From NCBI GenBank assembly GCA_051313645.2, contig JBNRSN020000029.1, positions 46,562,001 to 46,626,000 on the forward strand: a stretch of DNA of 64,000 nucleotides. Direction: 5' to 3'. This document shows positions 48,186-60,291 of this stretch, in pieces. The translations under genes and the position numbers were made by a program. Numbering within the stretch: the first letter of the stretch is position 1; each line of letters begins with the position of its first letter. This DNA comes from Centroscyllium fabricii. Taxonomy: Eukaryota. The notes below the pieces were generated by a model. It did not search any database. It was not told where the DNA came from and was given only the letters and a program-made list of their open reading frames with translations.

Positions 48186-50507
48186 ATGCTGAAGGAGGGA
48201 ATAATTGAAGCCAGCACCAGCCCCTGGCACGCCCAAGTTGTAGTGGTGAAGTCTGGCGAGAAACGGCGGCTGGTTATCGATTACAGCCAGACTATCAACC
48301 GCTACACCGGGCTCGACGCCTACCCCCTCCCCCGCATCTCAGAAATGGTCAACCAGATCGCCCTATACAAGGTGTTCTCTACGATCGACCTTAAATCGGC
48401 GTATCACCAGCTCCCGATCAGGAAAGCCGACCACCCCTACACCGCCTTCGAGGCGAACGGTCGGCTCTACCACTTCCTCCGGGTCCCCTTTGGCGTGACC
48501 AATGGAGTGTCCGTGTTCCAACGGGAGATGGACCGTATGGTTGATCACCATGACTTGCAGGCCATCTTCCCTTACCTGGACAACGTGACCATCTGCGGCC
48601 ACGACCAGCAGGACCACGATGCCAATCTGGCCAAATTCCTCGACACGGCGGCTAAACTGGACCTCACGTATAACAAAGACAAATGTGTCTTTAATACAGC
48701 CCGGCTCGCCATTCTCGGATACGTGGTGGAGAACGGGGTCCTCGGCCCCGACCCACAGCGTATGCGACCCCTGCAAGAACTGCCCCTACCTCACAACCCC
48801 AAAGCCTTGAGGAGATGTCTAGGATTTTTCTCCTATTATGCACAATGGGTCCCACAGTTCGCAGATAAGGCTAGACCACTCCTCAAGGCTGTCGCCTTCC
48901 CCCTTTCTGCAGAAGCACAGACAGCTTTTGCAAGGATTAAGGAAGACATCGCCAAGGCGACCATGCTCGCTGTTGATGAATCCATCCCTTTCCAGGTGGA
49001 GAGTGACGCTTCGGACTTTGCCCTTGCTGCCACCCTGAATCAGGCAGGCAGGCCCATAGCGTTTTTCTCCCGCACCTTACAGGGACCCGAAACTCGCCAC
49101 TCCGCAGTGGAAAAGGAGGCCCAGGCCATCGTGGAGGCCGTGCGCTACTGGCGTCATTACCTGGCCGGTAAGCGTTTTACCCTGCTCACCGACCAACGGT
49201 CGGTGGCGTTTATGTTTAATAATAAACTACGGGGTAAGATCAAGAATGATAAGATCCTGCGGTGGCGGATCGAACTCTCGACTTACGAGTATGACATTCT
49301 TTACCGACCAGGTAAACTCAATGAACCCCCGGACGCACTGTCCAGGGGAACGTGCGCCAGTGCCCAGCTAGACTGGCTGAAGGATCTCCACGATCGCCTT
49401 TGCCACCCGGGTGTCACCAGACTCGCCCACTTCGTTAAATCCCGTAGTCTCCCCTACTCTATCACGGAGATAAAGGATATAACCCGAGAGTGCCCTGTCT
49501 GTGCGGAGTGCAAACCACACTTTTTCCGGCCAGACACGGCGCACCTCATCAAGGCCACCCGCCCCTTTGAACATCTCAGCGTTGATTTCAAAGGCCCCCT
49601 TCCCTCCACCGACCGCAACTCATACTTCCTCATGGTAGTGGATGAGTTCTCCCGCTTCCCCTTCGCTTTCCCCTGCCCAGATATGACGAGCGCAACGGTG
49701 ATCAAACACTTCACCACGCTGTTCGCCATTTTCGGTCTCCCCGGCTACATCCATAGCGACCGGGGGTCATCGTTCATGAGCGATGAACTGCGCCAGTTTC
49801 TGCTCCAGAGAGCGGTTGCCACGAGCAGAACGACCAGTTATAACCCCCGGGGGAACGGCCAGGTAGAAAGGGAGAATGGGATCATTTGGAAGGCGGTCAC
49901 CCTGGCTCTCAAGTCCAGAGGCCTTCCAGTATCCCATTGGCAGGCAGTCCTCCCAGATGCGCTGCACTCTATCCGGTCACTGTTGTGTACAGCTACTAAC
50001 GCCACTCCGCATGATCTCGTTTTTTCCTTCCACAGGAGGTCCACTTCTGGAACAGTCCTTCCCCCATGGCTGACGACTCCGGGGCCGGTTTTCCTTAGGA
50101 GGCACGTCCGGAGCCACAAAACGGACCCCCTGCTGGACAAGGTACAGCTACTTCACGCCAACCTGCACTACGCCTTTGTGCAGTTCCTAGACGGGCGTGA
50201 GGACACCGTGTCCATCAGGGACCTGGCCCCGGCCGGAAACACCACGACAGCACCCCCCGCCGGCCACCAAGTTGCTCACCCACCAGACACAGGATTGCCC
50301 CCGAGTTCCCCTGACTGCGATCCAACGAGCACTCCGCCACCGGAAGTCACAGTGCCGGCAGAGGCGGACCATTCCACCAGGGAGGCATCACCTTCTACAC
50401 TGGTGCGCCGACAGTCCTCCAGGAAGAGACGACCGCCGGAACGGCTAATTATGAACTGTTCCATCCATTCACCCCCCCCTGGACTCAACGTTTTTAACAA
50501 GGGGTGA
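48186..50507 (+). CDS. Gypsy Pol: RT, RNase H, integrase
   Basis: IDLKSAYHQ, PFG, YLDN, SDASD, HHCC (LHDRLCHPG..CPVC), VDF..SDRG..VERE. Confidence 0.95.
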   Translation: MLKEGIIEASTSPWHAQVVVVKSGEKRRLVIDYSQTINRYTGLDAYPLPRISEMVNQIALYKVFSTIDLKSAYHQLPIRKADHPYTAFEANGRLYHFLRVPFGVTNGVSVFQREMDRMVDHHDLQAIFPYLDNVTICGHDQQDHDANLAKFLDTAAKLDLTYNKDKCVFNTARLAILGYVVENGVLGPDPQRMRPLQELPLPHNPKALRRCLGFFSYYAQWVPQFADKARPLLKAVAFPLSAEAQTAFARIKEDIAKATMLAVDESIPFQVESDASDFALAATLNQAGRPIAFFSRTLQGPETRHSAVEKEAQAIVEAVRYWRHYLAGKRFTLLTDQRSVAFMFNNKLRGKIKNDKILRWRIELSTYEYDILYRPGKLNEPPDALSRGTCASAQLDWLKDLHDRLCHPGVTRLAHFVKSRSLPYSITEIKDITRECPVCAECKPHFFRPDTAHLIKATRPFEHLSVDFKGPLPSTDRNSYFLMVVDEFSRFPFAFPCPDMTSATVIKHFTTLFAIFGLPGYIHSDRGSSFMSDELRQFLLQRAVATSRTTSYNPRGNGQVERENGIIWKAVTLALKSRGLPVSHWQAVLPDALHSIRSLLCTATNATPHDLVFSFHRRSTSGTVLPPWLTTPGPVFLRRHVRSHKTDPLLDKVQLLHANLHYAFVQFLDGREDTVSIRDLAPAGNTTTAPPAGHQVAHPPDTGLPPSSPDCDPTSTPPPEVTVPAEADHSTREASPSTLVRRQSSRKRRPPERLIMNCSIHSPPPGLNVFNKG

Positions 50508-52288
50508 ATGTGGTAACCGTATTGTACTGTATCCCACTGCTGTGTTGCCGGGATTGATTGTGGGCTGTGCTGATGTTAGGCACAGCCCTGTTTTACTGTG
50601 ATCTTGTTGGGAGCCAGATCAGCCACACCCCCGACTCCTCCCCTTGTGGGGCTCTATATAGGTGTGGTCTGACGGGGCTCCACCCAGTTCTGTTATGATT
50701 GTTGCTTGGAGTGCAGCTCCATTATTTAGTAATTAAAAGCCTTATTGTTCGGTACAAACTCGTAGCCTCTTTAATTGGGTTCACTACAATCTCATTGAAT
50801 GGCGGAGCAGGCTCGAAGGGCTGAATGGCCTACTCCTGCTCCTATCTTCTATGATTCTATGCACTCCAATAGTTCCAGGAAAATGAGAATCGGCCTTAAG
50901 CTTTCAAATTATTTTTTTCCCCATTTTGAATATATATTTTATTTTTTAATATGTGGCGTTCTTAGGCTTTGTTTTTTTATTTCCTCCTGACTGATTTTCT
51001 CTTGAGTTTTGGCAGGACACTACAGGTCGGTGGCTTCTCCTAATCTCCTCAGCCTACGACTGATGGGCGCGACCCCGTCGGGGAGGCCCGGGGCTGAGCC
51101 GACTGCCAGCGCCGCCACGACCCGCTCCGCCATGTGGTCGAACGCCTGCCGATCACGGGCGCTGTTCTTGTCCAGCTCGTTGCCGCCGGCCACTAGGGGC
51201 CGAGGCTTCGACTGCCGCTGCCCAGAGACGGCCACAACCGGCTGTGGGGGGTCCACAGGAGGTCAGTCTGGGGCTGGGTCAGCGGGAGGTCAGTGTGGGG
51301 GTCAGCAGGTTAGTGGATCATTACCGCCAGTTTGGGCTTCCAGAAGAGCCAAACTGGCGGCAGTGACCCGCTGACCTCCTGTTGACCCACACACTGACCT
51401 CCAGTTGACCCAGTCAGCTACCTGTGTTAAAATAGCTCGGCGAAGAATGCCACTGAAGCACAGCACTGTGAAGCGCAGTTAACCTGGTTGTCAATAAAGT
51501 GTAAGCTTCCCAAATTCATTATTTCTGCCCTTTTTAAAATTTAAGCTGCTGTTGTATTTTAAAGCAACATTAACGGCATTGCAGAAGCAAAACTAGACAG
51601 CTGGTGGGGCGGGGGAGCTAAAAGAAAAGCAAAACACTGCGGATGCTGGGAATCCGAAATAAAAACAAAATGCTGGAACACGTTCAGCAGGTCTGGCAGA
51701 ATCTGTGGAAGGCCATCGACCTGAAAGCTTAACTGTTAAACCAGGAGCCCTGCTGATCTGAGATGATCTGATTGCAATTCTTTGGAATTCTCCTCCCCAG
51801 AGGGCTGCGGATGGTCAGTTGGTTTCGTATATTCCAAGCTTTCCCGCCCTATCCCCCTATCCCTTGATTCCCTTAGTGTCCAAAAATCTATCATCTCTGT
51901 CTTGAATATACTCAATGACTGAGCCTCCACGGCCCTCTGGGATAGAGAATTCCAAAGATGCACCGCCCTCTGAGTGAAGACATTTCTCCTCATCTCAGTC
52001 CTAAATGGCCGACCCCTTATCCTGGACTGTGAACCCTGGTTCTAGATTATCCAGCCAGGGGGAAACAGCCTCTCGGCATTTACCTTGTCAATCCGCTCCA
52101 GAATCGTGTATGTTTCAATGAGATCAGCTCTCATTCTCCTAAACTCCGGAGAGTATCGGCCCATTCTACACAATATCGGCAGCAGTCACTTCTGGTCTCG
52201 GGAGGCTTAAATCTTCGTTCCTCCATTTTAATAGAATTATTGATCAGAACCTTATGGATTTTTAATTTCCCCCCCCTCACTTGTGCAG

Positions 52289-52364
52289 AAAAAAGCCAAA
52301 GAAGAAAAGAAGGATCCGGGAGTGATTACGTCCGACATTCCGACTGCTGCGGGGGAGAGAAAAG
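52289..52364 (+). CDS. VARS1: Valyl-tRNA synthetase exon (partial gene)
   Basis: ag|KKAKEEKKDPGVITSDIPTAAGERK|gtgagt resembles VARS1 RDPGVITYDLPTPPGEKK. Phase 1 joins the next exon in frame. Confidence 0.82.
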
Positions 52365-52824
52365 GTGAGTCGGAAGCAGTGGGTGAGGTCTGGTACCTGG
52401 CGAGCTGGGAGCATTAGACTGTTACTGGTCCTAGAGCGATGGGGTCTAGAGGCTCTGCTCATCATTGCTTCGACATATCACTTTCTGATTTCTCTTAAAC
52501 ACACCGTCCTACCTACTCTTCTACCTCCTTGTTCCGCACTCTTGACATTCTGCGCCTTCTCCTTTAACTTATTCATCGCTCCCCTCGCTCCGTTCTCTTC
52601 CCCTGCTCTCACGCTGCGACACCGCCCCCTACACTACCTTAGCTCAGTGGGCAGCACCCTCGCCTCAGAGTCAGAAGGTCGTAGGTTCAGGTCCCGCTCC
52701 AGAAACTTGAGCACAAAATCAGGGCCGACCCTCCCAGTGCAGTACTGAGGTGAGACGTTAAACCAAGGCCCTGTCTTCCCTCTCGGATGGAGATAAAAGA
52801 TCCCACAGCCGATGGTGGTAAGAA

Positions 52825-53015
52825 GCTCTCTTTCCCCCCCGCTCTCTTCCCCCTCCCACTCTCTTCTGCCCCTCTCTTTCCCCCGCTTTCTTCCCCCCCG
52901 CTCTCTTCCCTTCGCTCTCTCTTCCCCCACACTCTCTTCCCCTCTGCTCTCTTCCCCCTGCTCTCTCTCCCCCCCCCCCCCACCCCGCTCTCTCCCCCTC
53001 GCTCCCTCCTTCCAT
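52825..53015. repeat. CT-rich low-complexity tract
   Basis: Repeated CTCTCTTCCCC-like units. Confidence 0.9.
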
Positions 53016-53110
53016 CCCACAAGGGTTCCTCTTCCTCCCCGCTCCAGGAGTCTTTGTGCAGGTACGAGTGTGGGGCACAATCACTGAAGTGCTGTTTATT
53101 TGTACTGTAG

Positions 53111-53211
53111 ATGTCGCCTGCCCGATGCCGGACTCCTACAGCCCACAGTATGTCAAAGCAGCCTGGTACTCCTGGTGGGAAAAGCAAGGATTCTTCAAAC
53201 CGGAGTACGGG
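53111..53211 (+). CDS. VARS1: Valyl-tRNA synthetase exon (partial gene)
   Basis: ag|[34 protein letters not shown]|gtaagt resembles VARS1 [34 protein letters not shown]. Confidence 0.9.
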
Positions 53212-53234
53212 GTAAGTGCAAGGGGCCGATGGTG

Positions 53235-55822
53235 GAATTCCTCATGGTGAAGTGTAGGCCCTTCTATCTGCCTAGGGAAATTACTGCTGTTATTATCACC
53301 GCGGTCTATATTCCACCACATCCTAATGCCAAACTTGCACTGATCGACCTTCACAGTGCCATTAGCAGACAACAAACCGCGCACCCGGACGGGGCACTTA
53401 TCATTGCAGGAGTCTTCAACCAAACAAACCTCAAAACTAATCTACCTTAGCTCCACCAGAATGTCTCCTGCCCAACAAGAGGTGAGAACACACTGGACCA
53501 TGTTTACACTAATATTGTGAATGCATACAAGGCTATACCCTGCCCCCACCTCGGGCAGTCTTACCACCTCTCTTTGTTGTTAGTCCCGGCAAACAAACCT
53601 CTCCTCAAACGAGTCAAACCATCTGTGAGGACGGTTAATGTATGGCCTGAGGGGGCAGTTTCAGAACTCCAGAACTGTTTTGAATGCACTGACTGGAAAA
53701 TGTTTGCTAGGGAAGCCACACGGGACTCCCATATAAACATTATGGAATATGCATCAACAGTTTTATCCTATGTAAATTGGTGTGTACAGAACGTCACAAC
53801 CCGTAAGGTTATAAGGACATTCCCCAACCAGAAACCGTGGATGAATGGGGAGATCTGCTCGCTGTTGAAAGCGAGAGATGCAGCATTCAAGTAAAACAAC
53901 GTTGCAGCTTACAACATAACCAGGGCTAACCTGAAAAAGGGTATCATGAAGGCCAAATGCAAATGTTCAATGAAGATTGAGGAGCATGTTCAAAATAATA
54001 CAGACCCCCGGCACATGTGGCAAGGCATTCAAACCATCACTGATGATAAGAGCAAGAACACCTGCCCCCCGACCAGTGATGCCTCCCTCCCTGACGAGCT
54101 TAACAAATTCTATGCTCGCTTTGACATGAACAGGGAGCCAGCTACCTTAGCCTTGCTACCCCGGAAGATCAGGTGCTCACAATGTCCATCTCTGACGTAA
54201 GAGGTTCTTTACGCAGAGTGAGCACACGTAAGGCTGCCGGCCCAGACGGTATCCCTGGACGAGCTCTCAAGGCATGTGCTGACCAGTTGTTTGAGGTCTT
54301 CACTGACATCTTCAACTTATCACTGGCTCATGCAGTGGTCCCCACATGCTTTAAGACCACAAGGATTGTTGCCGAAGCAATCAGTTGTGATATGCCTGAA
54401 TGACCACCGCCCTATCGCACTCACTCCCATTATAATGAAGTGCTTCGAGAGACTGATCCTGACTTACATTAAAGCCAGTATGCCCACCACCCTAGATCAA
54501 CACCAGTTTGCCTACCGCACAATAGGTCAATGGAAGACGCCATTTCATCTGCTCTTCACTCCGCTTTGACCCACTTCGAAGGCAAAGACACCGACGTCAG
54601 AATGCTGTTCATCGATTACAGCTCAGCATTCAATACCGTTATCCCGACCAAGCTTGCAACCAAACTCCATGCCCTAGGCCTTAACACCACCCTTTGCAAT
54701 TGGTCCCTGGACTTCCTGATGAACAGACCCCAATCTGTTAGGTTAGGTAACTTCACCTCCACCACCTTAACCCTAAGCACCGGGGCTCCACAAGGATGTG
54801 TGTTGGGCCCTGTCCTCTACTCCCTCTTCACCCATGATTGTGTGCCTATCCACGACTCCAATACCATCATCAAGTTCGCGGACGACACCAGAGTGATAGG
54901 ACTGATCACTAACAATGACGATTCAGCCTATAGAGAAGAGGTCCAACACCTGGTGGCGTGGAGCGCTGACAACAACCTGTCCCTCAACACCAAGAAGACC
55001 AAGGAGCTCATTGTAGACTTCAGGAAGTCCAAAGACATCAGACACACCCCGATCTACATCACTGGGGCTGAGGTGGAAAGGGTCTGCTGCTTCAAGTTCC
55101 TGGGTGTCCACATCACGGAAGACTTCTCATGATCCCTCAACTCATCCTCCTTGGTGAAGAAAGCTCAGCAGCGCCGATACCTCCTGCGGAGGCTGAAGAA
55201 AGTTAACTTATTATCCCAGCTTCTCTCCAACTGCTACCGCTGCACAATAGAGAGCATCCTAACAAACTGCATCCCGGTGTGGTATGGCAGCTGCTCCACC
55301 TCCGACAGGAAGGCCTTTCAGAGAGTAGTCAAAACTGCCCAATACATCACCGGCACCCAGCTACCTGCTATTAAAGACATCTATGAGAAACGTTGCCTGC
55401 GGAAATCTCTCAGCATCTTCAGGGACCCCAGCCACAGACAGTTTGCCCCCTGCCATCTAGGAGGCGCTACAGATGTATTCGAGCCCGGACGACCAGGCTC
55501 AGGAACAGCTTCTTCCCTAGGGCTGTTATCCAGTTGAACTCTATCACTCAACACCAAATCTGTCTACCATCGGCACCTCCAGCCACACTTCCTGCATTAA
55601 CAGCCCTTTAGCCCCCCAGCACTTGCTCATCTACTCTTTGAAATGCTATTTGCACTCTTTATTCATTTATCTATTTATTTATTATTTATCCATAACTCTG
55701 TATAATTTATAACTTAATGTCTGTTATGTCATGTCCTGGGAGCTTGCGAGCTCACTTTTCATTGCACTGTGATTATAGACTGTGCAATGACAATAAAATT
55801 TATTTGAATTGAATTGAATTGA
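53235..55822 (+). mobile_element. Rex1/Babar-like LINE, 5'-truncated, decayed endonuclease and RT
   Basis: [48 protein letters not shown] plus (GAATT)n tail. Probable TSD ATGGTG. Confidence 0.88.
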
Positions 55823-56024
55823 ATGGTGCGTGGTGCCGTCACTAAGCGCGGTGAAGCTCAGGAGGATTTGTAATTTATTTACATAGAATCTACAGCACAG
55901 TAGGAATCCATTCGGCCCATTGTGCCTGTGATAGCTTTCATAATCCCACTTTCCCTCCCCCCCGCTCTTTCCCCATAGCCCTGCAAAAGTCTCCCCTTCA
56001 TGTATTGCTCCAATCTACTTTTTG

Positions 56025-56224
56025 NNNNNNNNNNNNNNNNNNNNNNNNNNNNNNNNNNNNNNNNNNNNNNNNNNNNNNNNNNNNNNNNNNNNNNNNNNNN
56101 NNNNNNNNNNNNNNNNNNNNNNNNNNNNNNNNNNNNNNNNNNNNNNNNNNNNNNNNNNNNNNNNNNNNNNNNNNNNNNNNNNNNNNNNNNNNNNNNNNNN
56201 NNNNNNNNNNNNNNNNNNNNNNNN
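56025..56224. other. Assembly gap (200 N)
   Basis: Run of N. Confidence 1.
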
Positions 56225-56480
56225 GGCGTTTGCTGTAACGGATCAGGCGGGAGGACTCGCAGGCGATTCGCTCGAAGATGTCGTTGACGAACGAGTTGAT
56301 GACACTCATGGCCGAAGAGGAGATGCCGGTGTCGGGGTGGACCTGCTTCAGCACCTTGTAGATGTAGATGCTGTAACTCTGCTTCCTGGCTTTTCTGCGT
56401 TTTTTGTCCCGTTTAGCCCGCTTCTTCCTGGCCGTTTTCTTCAGCCCTTTTTTGGAGGCTTTGGATTCCCCTTCAGGCAT
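56225..56480 (-). CDS. H2B: Histone H2B variant, 3' part lost in the gap
   Basis: [35 protein letters not shown]. Canonical octamer (~56546), TTTAAATA and CCAAT upstream. Confidence 0.93.
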
Positions 56481-56744
56481 GGTGAATAGCCGCGAAACTT
56501 TATGATGGAGGAAATCTCATGGACGCGCTATTTAAACGTAGCCGTATGCAAATGAGGAATGAGAAAGTGAACGATTCCTATTGGTGAAGCAGCGCATATC
56601 TATCGTGAGTTCGGAACAATGGGTGCTAACTGGCCAATCAGAAACGCTCATGGTATTGCATCTGGTTTCAGGCACGTAGGGGAGAGGCTCCACATGGCTG
56701 CAGCTTGAAAAATATATTTTTAGTTCGATAAATTGCCCTGTTAA

Positions 56745-57585
56745 TGTGCAGACTGCTGTCCCGACATTTCCTTCAGCTGAACGTTGGGAAGACCGATGCC
56801 ATCGTCTTCGGTCCCCACCACTAACTGTGTCCCCACGCCACCGACTCCCTCCATCTCCCTGGGCAGCTGGCTGAGCCAGACTGTTCGCTAACGTGATGTT
56901 ATATTTGAACCCCCATCGCCTCAGATGAGCTTCCGACCACATTTCCACGCCATCACTAAGACCGCCTCTTTCCGCCGCCAGTAAATCGCCTGACTCCGCC
57001 TCTGCCTCAGCCCATCTGCTGCTGTAACCCTCATCCATGCCTTTGATACCTCTAGACTTTACCATTCCAACTCACTCCTGGCCGGCGTCCCGTAAACTTG
57101 AGGTCATCGAAAACTCTGCTGCCCGACTCCTCACTCGCACCAAGTCCCGTTCACCTATCACCCGCTGTGCTCGCTGACCTGCATTGGCTCCCGGCTAAGC
57201 AATGCCTCGATTTAAAAAATCTCATCCTTGTTTCCAAATTTCTCCATGGCCTCGCATCCTCCCTATCTTTATAATCTCCTCCTGTCCCACAAACCTCCGC
57301 GATATCTTCATTTCTCTAATTCTGGCCTCTTGAACATCCCTGATTTTAATCACTCCACCATTGGTGGCCGTGCCTTCAGCTGCCAAGGCCCGAAGCTCAG
57401 GAATTCCCTGCCTAAAACTCTCCGCCTCTATAACCCTATGTCCTCCTTTCAGACACTCCTTAAAACTTACCTCGGACCAGGCTGCCCTAAAATATCCTTA
57501 TGTGGCTTGTTGTCAAATGTTTTCTTACAATGCTCCTGTGAAATGCCTTGGAACGTTACACCACATTCAAGGCAAGTTGTTATTG
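56745..57585 (+). mobile_element. L2-type LINE 3' fragment
   Basis: PPYLYNLL..GGRAFSCQGPKLRNSLP with a (TTG)n-like tail. Confidence 0.8.
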
Positions 57586-58339
57586 TTTTTACTGAGCTCC
57601 ATTATGCCACACTAAATTCATTATTAGTGAGGTGATCCTTGGGAACCTTGGAGTGATCTATAAGGGTAGAATTGAGAAACTAGGCAGGATAACCCCGGTG
57701 TGATTAGCGGGAACGCACCTCCGAACAGAAGGTGCTATTTAGGTTATACAATCAGAGAATGATACAGCTTACTGTCACCAACATACACATGGAAGTTTAC
57801 CCACACGTCAAAGGATGATGCCAATGAGAAGAAGCATGCGGTCACAAAACTTGAGTTAGCCACGCCGGCCAGAAAATATCTGGCTTTGTGCTGGGACAGA
57901 TTGGACTGCAGTGGAACCAAGTGAGGGCGGACCAGACAGGAGATGGTGGAGGAGGAGGGAAGGATTAATCGTGTGGTGCCTTGCAAGAGGTCAAGAAGGG
58001 ATGTGCGCCACAGTCACAGTTAGAAAGAACTTCATTGGTAACCTTGTCCAGGGAGATCTCACTGCTATGAGGACTGAAAGCACTTAAATAAGAAATAACC
58101 ACGGAGTTGAGCAGTGACAATACATTTGAAGTCCTTGGAGATGAAATGAAAGTTAGGGAAGAATCAGACCTTCAAAGTGTTCACCGTTGTAGACAATCTC
58201 AGGATATGGAGCAAAAGGGCTAATACTAAATATATTTATTTATACTAAATTATCAAGGGAGAAGACAATTCCTCCTAAAGTCTACAGCCGCAATAAAGAG
58301 GTTTGGAGGAATATTATGTAAATTGAGTTTAATGAGCAC

Positions 58340-58525
58340 CTTTGACGGTTAAATTCGTTCCCGTGGCCAGTTTTGAAAATTCAAATCTGCCAACGGTAAA
58401 CCGTTTGTGATGCAACAGGGACCCGCATTTGCATAAGCGGATTGAAAATATAGCAAAAAACTGCCCGGCCACAGCCAATCAGCAATCAGCATAAGGTGAC
58501 CGCATTTTAACCAATGGCGTCAATG
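58340..58525 (+). promoter_or_regulatory. Second orphan module: TTTGAAAATTCAAATCT, MYB-like sites, octamer ATTTGCAT, CCAAT boxes
   Basis: 17-mer shared with 38484-38500. Octamer at 58427-58434. Confidence 0.55.
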
Positions 58526-59632
58526 CGCGTCTGAATGTGTCATAGTTTCAACCGGGCAGCAATTTCACAAACTTGAGTCACATTAAAGATATCAGCGGGG
58601 ATATCACTGGGAGACAGGCCAGGACATCGCAAAACACGTAGGAATAAACAATAGAACGAAACATGCATTTTTTAAATTCACCAGATCAAATTTGAATTTA
58701 TTGCCAGGCGCCATTCTTGCCGTTGCACCGATGACAGTAAATCTCCCTGGGGGCGGGGGGGAGAGGACAAGGGATTGGCCCGGGGGCGGGGCCGCGGTTC
58801 GGGTCCAGGCGGTGGGTTTAACCCACTCTGTCTGCCTTCCCTGAACTGGAAAAGGTTAGAGTGGTAACAGCTTTTAAGCAAATGCAAGGGGGCAGGGAAG
58901 GTAGGGAGCAGGGGAGGAAAGAACAAATGGAAAGGTCTGTAATAGGGTGGAAGGCAGGAGAGATTCATTGACTGAAGGGATGAACATAGAATCATAGAAA
59001 TTTACAGCAAAGAAGGAGGCCATTCGGCCCATGCCGGCTGACAAATAGCTCTCCAGCCTAATCGCACTTTCCAGCTCTTGGTCCATATCATTTTAGGTTA
59101 CGGCACTTCAAGCGCATATCCAAGTGTTTTTTAAAATGTGATGAGGTTCTCTGCCTCTACCATCCTTTCAGGCAGTGAGTTCCAGACACCCACCACCCTT
59201 TGGGGATTTCATTTCTCCTTAAAATCCCCTCTAAACCTCCGACCAATTACTTTAAATCTATGCCCGCCTGGTTATTGACCTCTCTGCTGATGGAAATAAG
59301 TCCTTCCTATCCACACTATCTAGGCCCCCCTTAATTTTATGAATCTCAATTAAATCTCCCCTCCGCCTCCTCTGTTCAGAATAATACAATCCCTGCCTGT
59401 CCAATTTTGCCTCATAGCTACAATTTCCTTTGAGGATGATGGTGCAAAGCAGGAGGAGTTGGTAATGGGACAAGGAGGTTCGACCTATTTCTGTAAGAGT
59501 GACAGACACAAAACTCCGGGGGGCGGGGCAACCTGCTTGGCCCCGCCCCCGTCCGCCTTGAGCCTTTATATAAGAGGTCGCCGCCGCTACTCCGCCACTT
59601 GGCTCGGTGATCGAGCAGACGCAGCGATAGCG

Positions 59633-60235
59633 ATGACTGACTCAGCTCCTGTCAAAGCCGAGGCTTCCGCTCCCGCTCCCGCTCCCGCTCCCGCTCCCGC
59701 TCCCGACCTTCAGCTCCCCGCCACCAGCGACTCCTCCCTGCCCACGGCCGCCAAGAAGAAGGCCGGCTACCGGCCGCAGAAAGGAGGCTCCGCCGCGGTG
59801 GCCGAGCAGATCCTGGAGGCGGTGGCCGCCACCAAGGAGCGCCAGGCGGCCCCCAAGCTGGGCGCCCTGAAGAAAACCATCTCGGCCTCCGGCTACGAGC
59901 CGGAGAAAGGTGCCGCCGTCCGGCCCAACCAATCGGTCAACACTTTGGACAACCAGGGCTCGCCGGTGGAGAGCGGCGCCGGCACCTCCTCGGCCTCCCT
60001 GCACCCGGACCGAGAGAAGGAGGAGGGCGAGGAAGGAGAGGACGGGGCCAAAGGAGGCGCCAAGAGGAAACCGGCCCGCAAGAGAGCGGCGGCGGCCAAA
60101 CCTGCTGCCCACAAACTCGCCAAAAAATCGGCGGCGGCCAAGAGCCCCCGGAAGGCCAAGCCCAGAAAAGCCGCCAAGCGGTCCGCAGCCTCCCGGACTG
60201 TGAGGCGTGAGCGACGTGCCCCGAAGAGGAGGTAG
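59633..60235 (+). CDS. H1: Highly divergent linker histone H1-like protein, 200 aa
   Basis: EQILEAVAATKER..LGALKKTISASGYE resembles H1 helices 1-2. K/A/R-rich tail with SPRK. GC boxes and TATA at ~59566, stem-loop 60276-60291. Confidence 0.88.
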   Translation: MTDSAPVKAEASAPAPAPAPAPAPDLQLPATSDSSLPTAAKKKAGYRPQKGGSAAVAEQILEAVAATKERQAAPKLGALKKTISASGYEPEKGAAVRPNQSVNTLDNQGSPVESGAGTSSASLHPDREKEEGEEGEDGAKGGAKRKPARKRAAAAKPAAHKLAKKSAAAKSPRKAKPRKAAKRSAASRTVRRERRAPKRR

Positions 60236-60275
60236 ACGGGGCAGGAGCGGCGAACCGTCTCAACACTAAATAAAA

Positions 60276-60291
60276 GGCTCTTTTCAGAGCC
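60276..60291 (+). terminator. Histone stem-loop of H1-like gene
   Basis: GGCTCTTTTCAGAGCC with AAGGAG downstream. Confidence 0.95.

Larger units (their letters stand above)
45941..50788 (+). mobile_element. Full-length Ty3/Gypsy (Mag-like) LTR retrotransposon, recent insertion
   Basis: LTRs 45941-46221 and 50509-50788 (TG..CA, 2 substitutions plus 1 indel), 5-bp TSD ATCTC, inserted into a CR1/SINE tail, purine tract before the 3' LTR. Confidence 0.97.

Noticed and set aside
51009-51374. GC-rich ORF after an acceptor-like site as a possible VARS1 N-terminal exon
   Set aside because: No convincing similarity by eye; it needs a translated search, so it is left uncalled.
52634-53110. Gly/Glu/Arg-rich and Pro/Leu/Ser-rich ORFs
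   Set aside because: Products of the CT-rich simple repeat and an adjacent SINE.
56000-56489. Plus-strand ORFs crossing the N run
   Set aside because: Artefacts of the gap; only the minus-strand H2B part is real.
59459-59632. Upstream extension of the H1-like ORF (258 aa)
   Set aside because: Spans the GC boxes and TATA; the likely start is ATG 59633.
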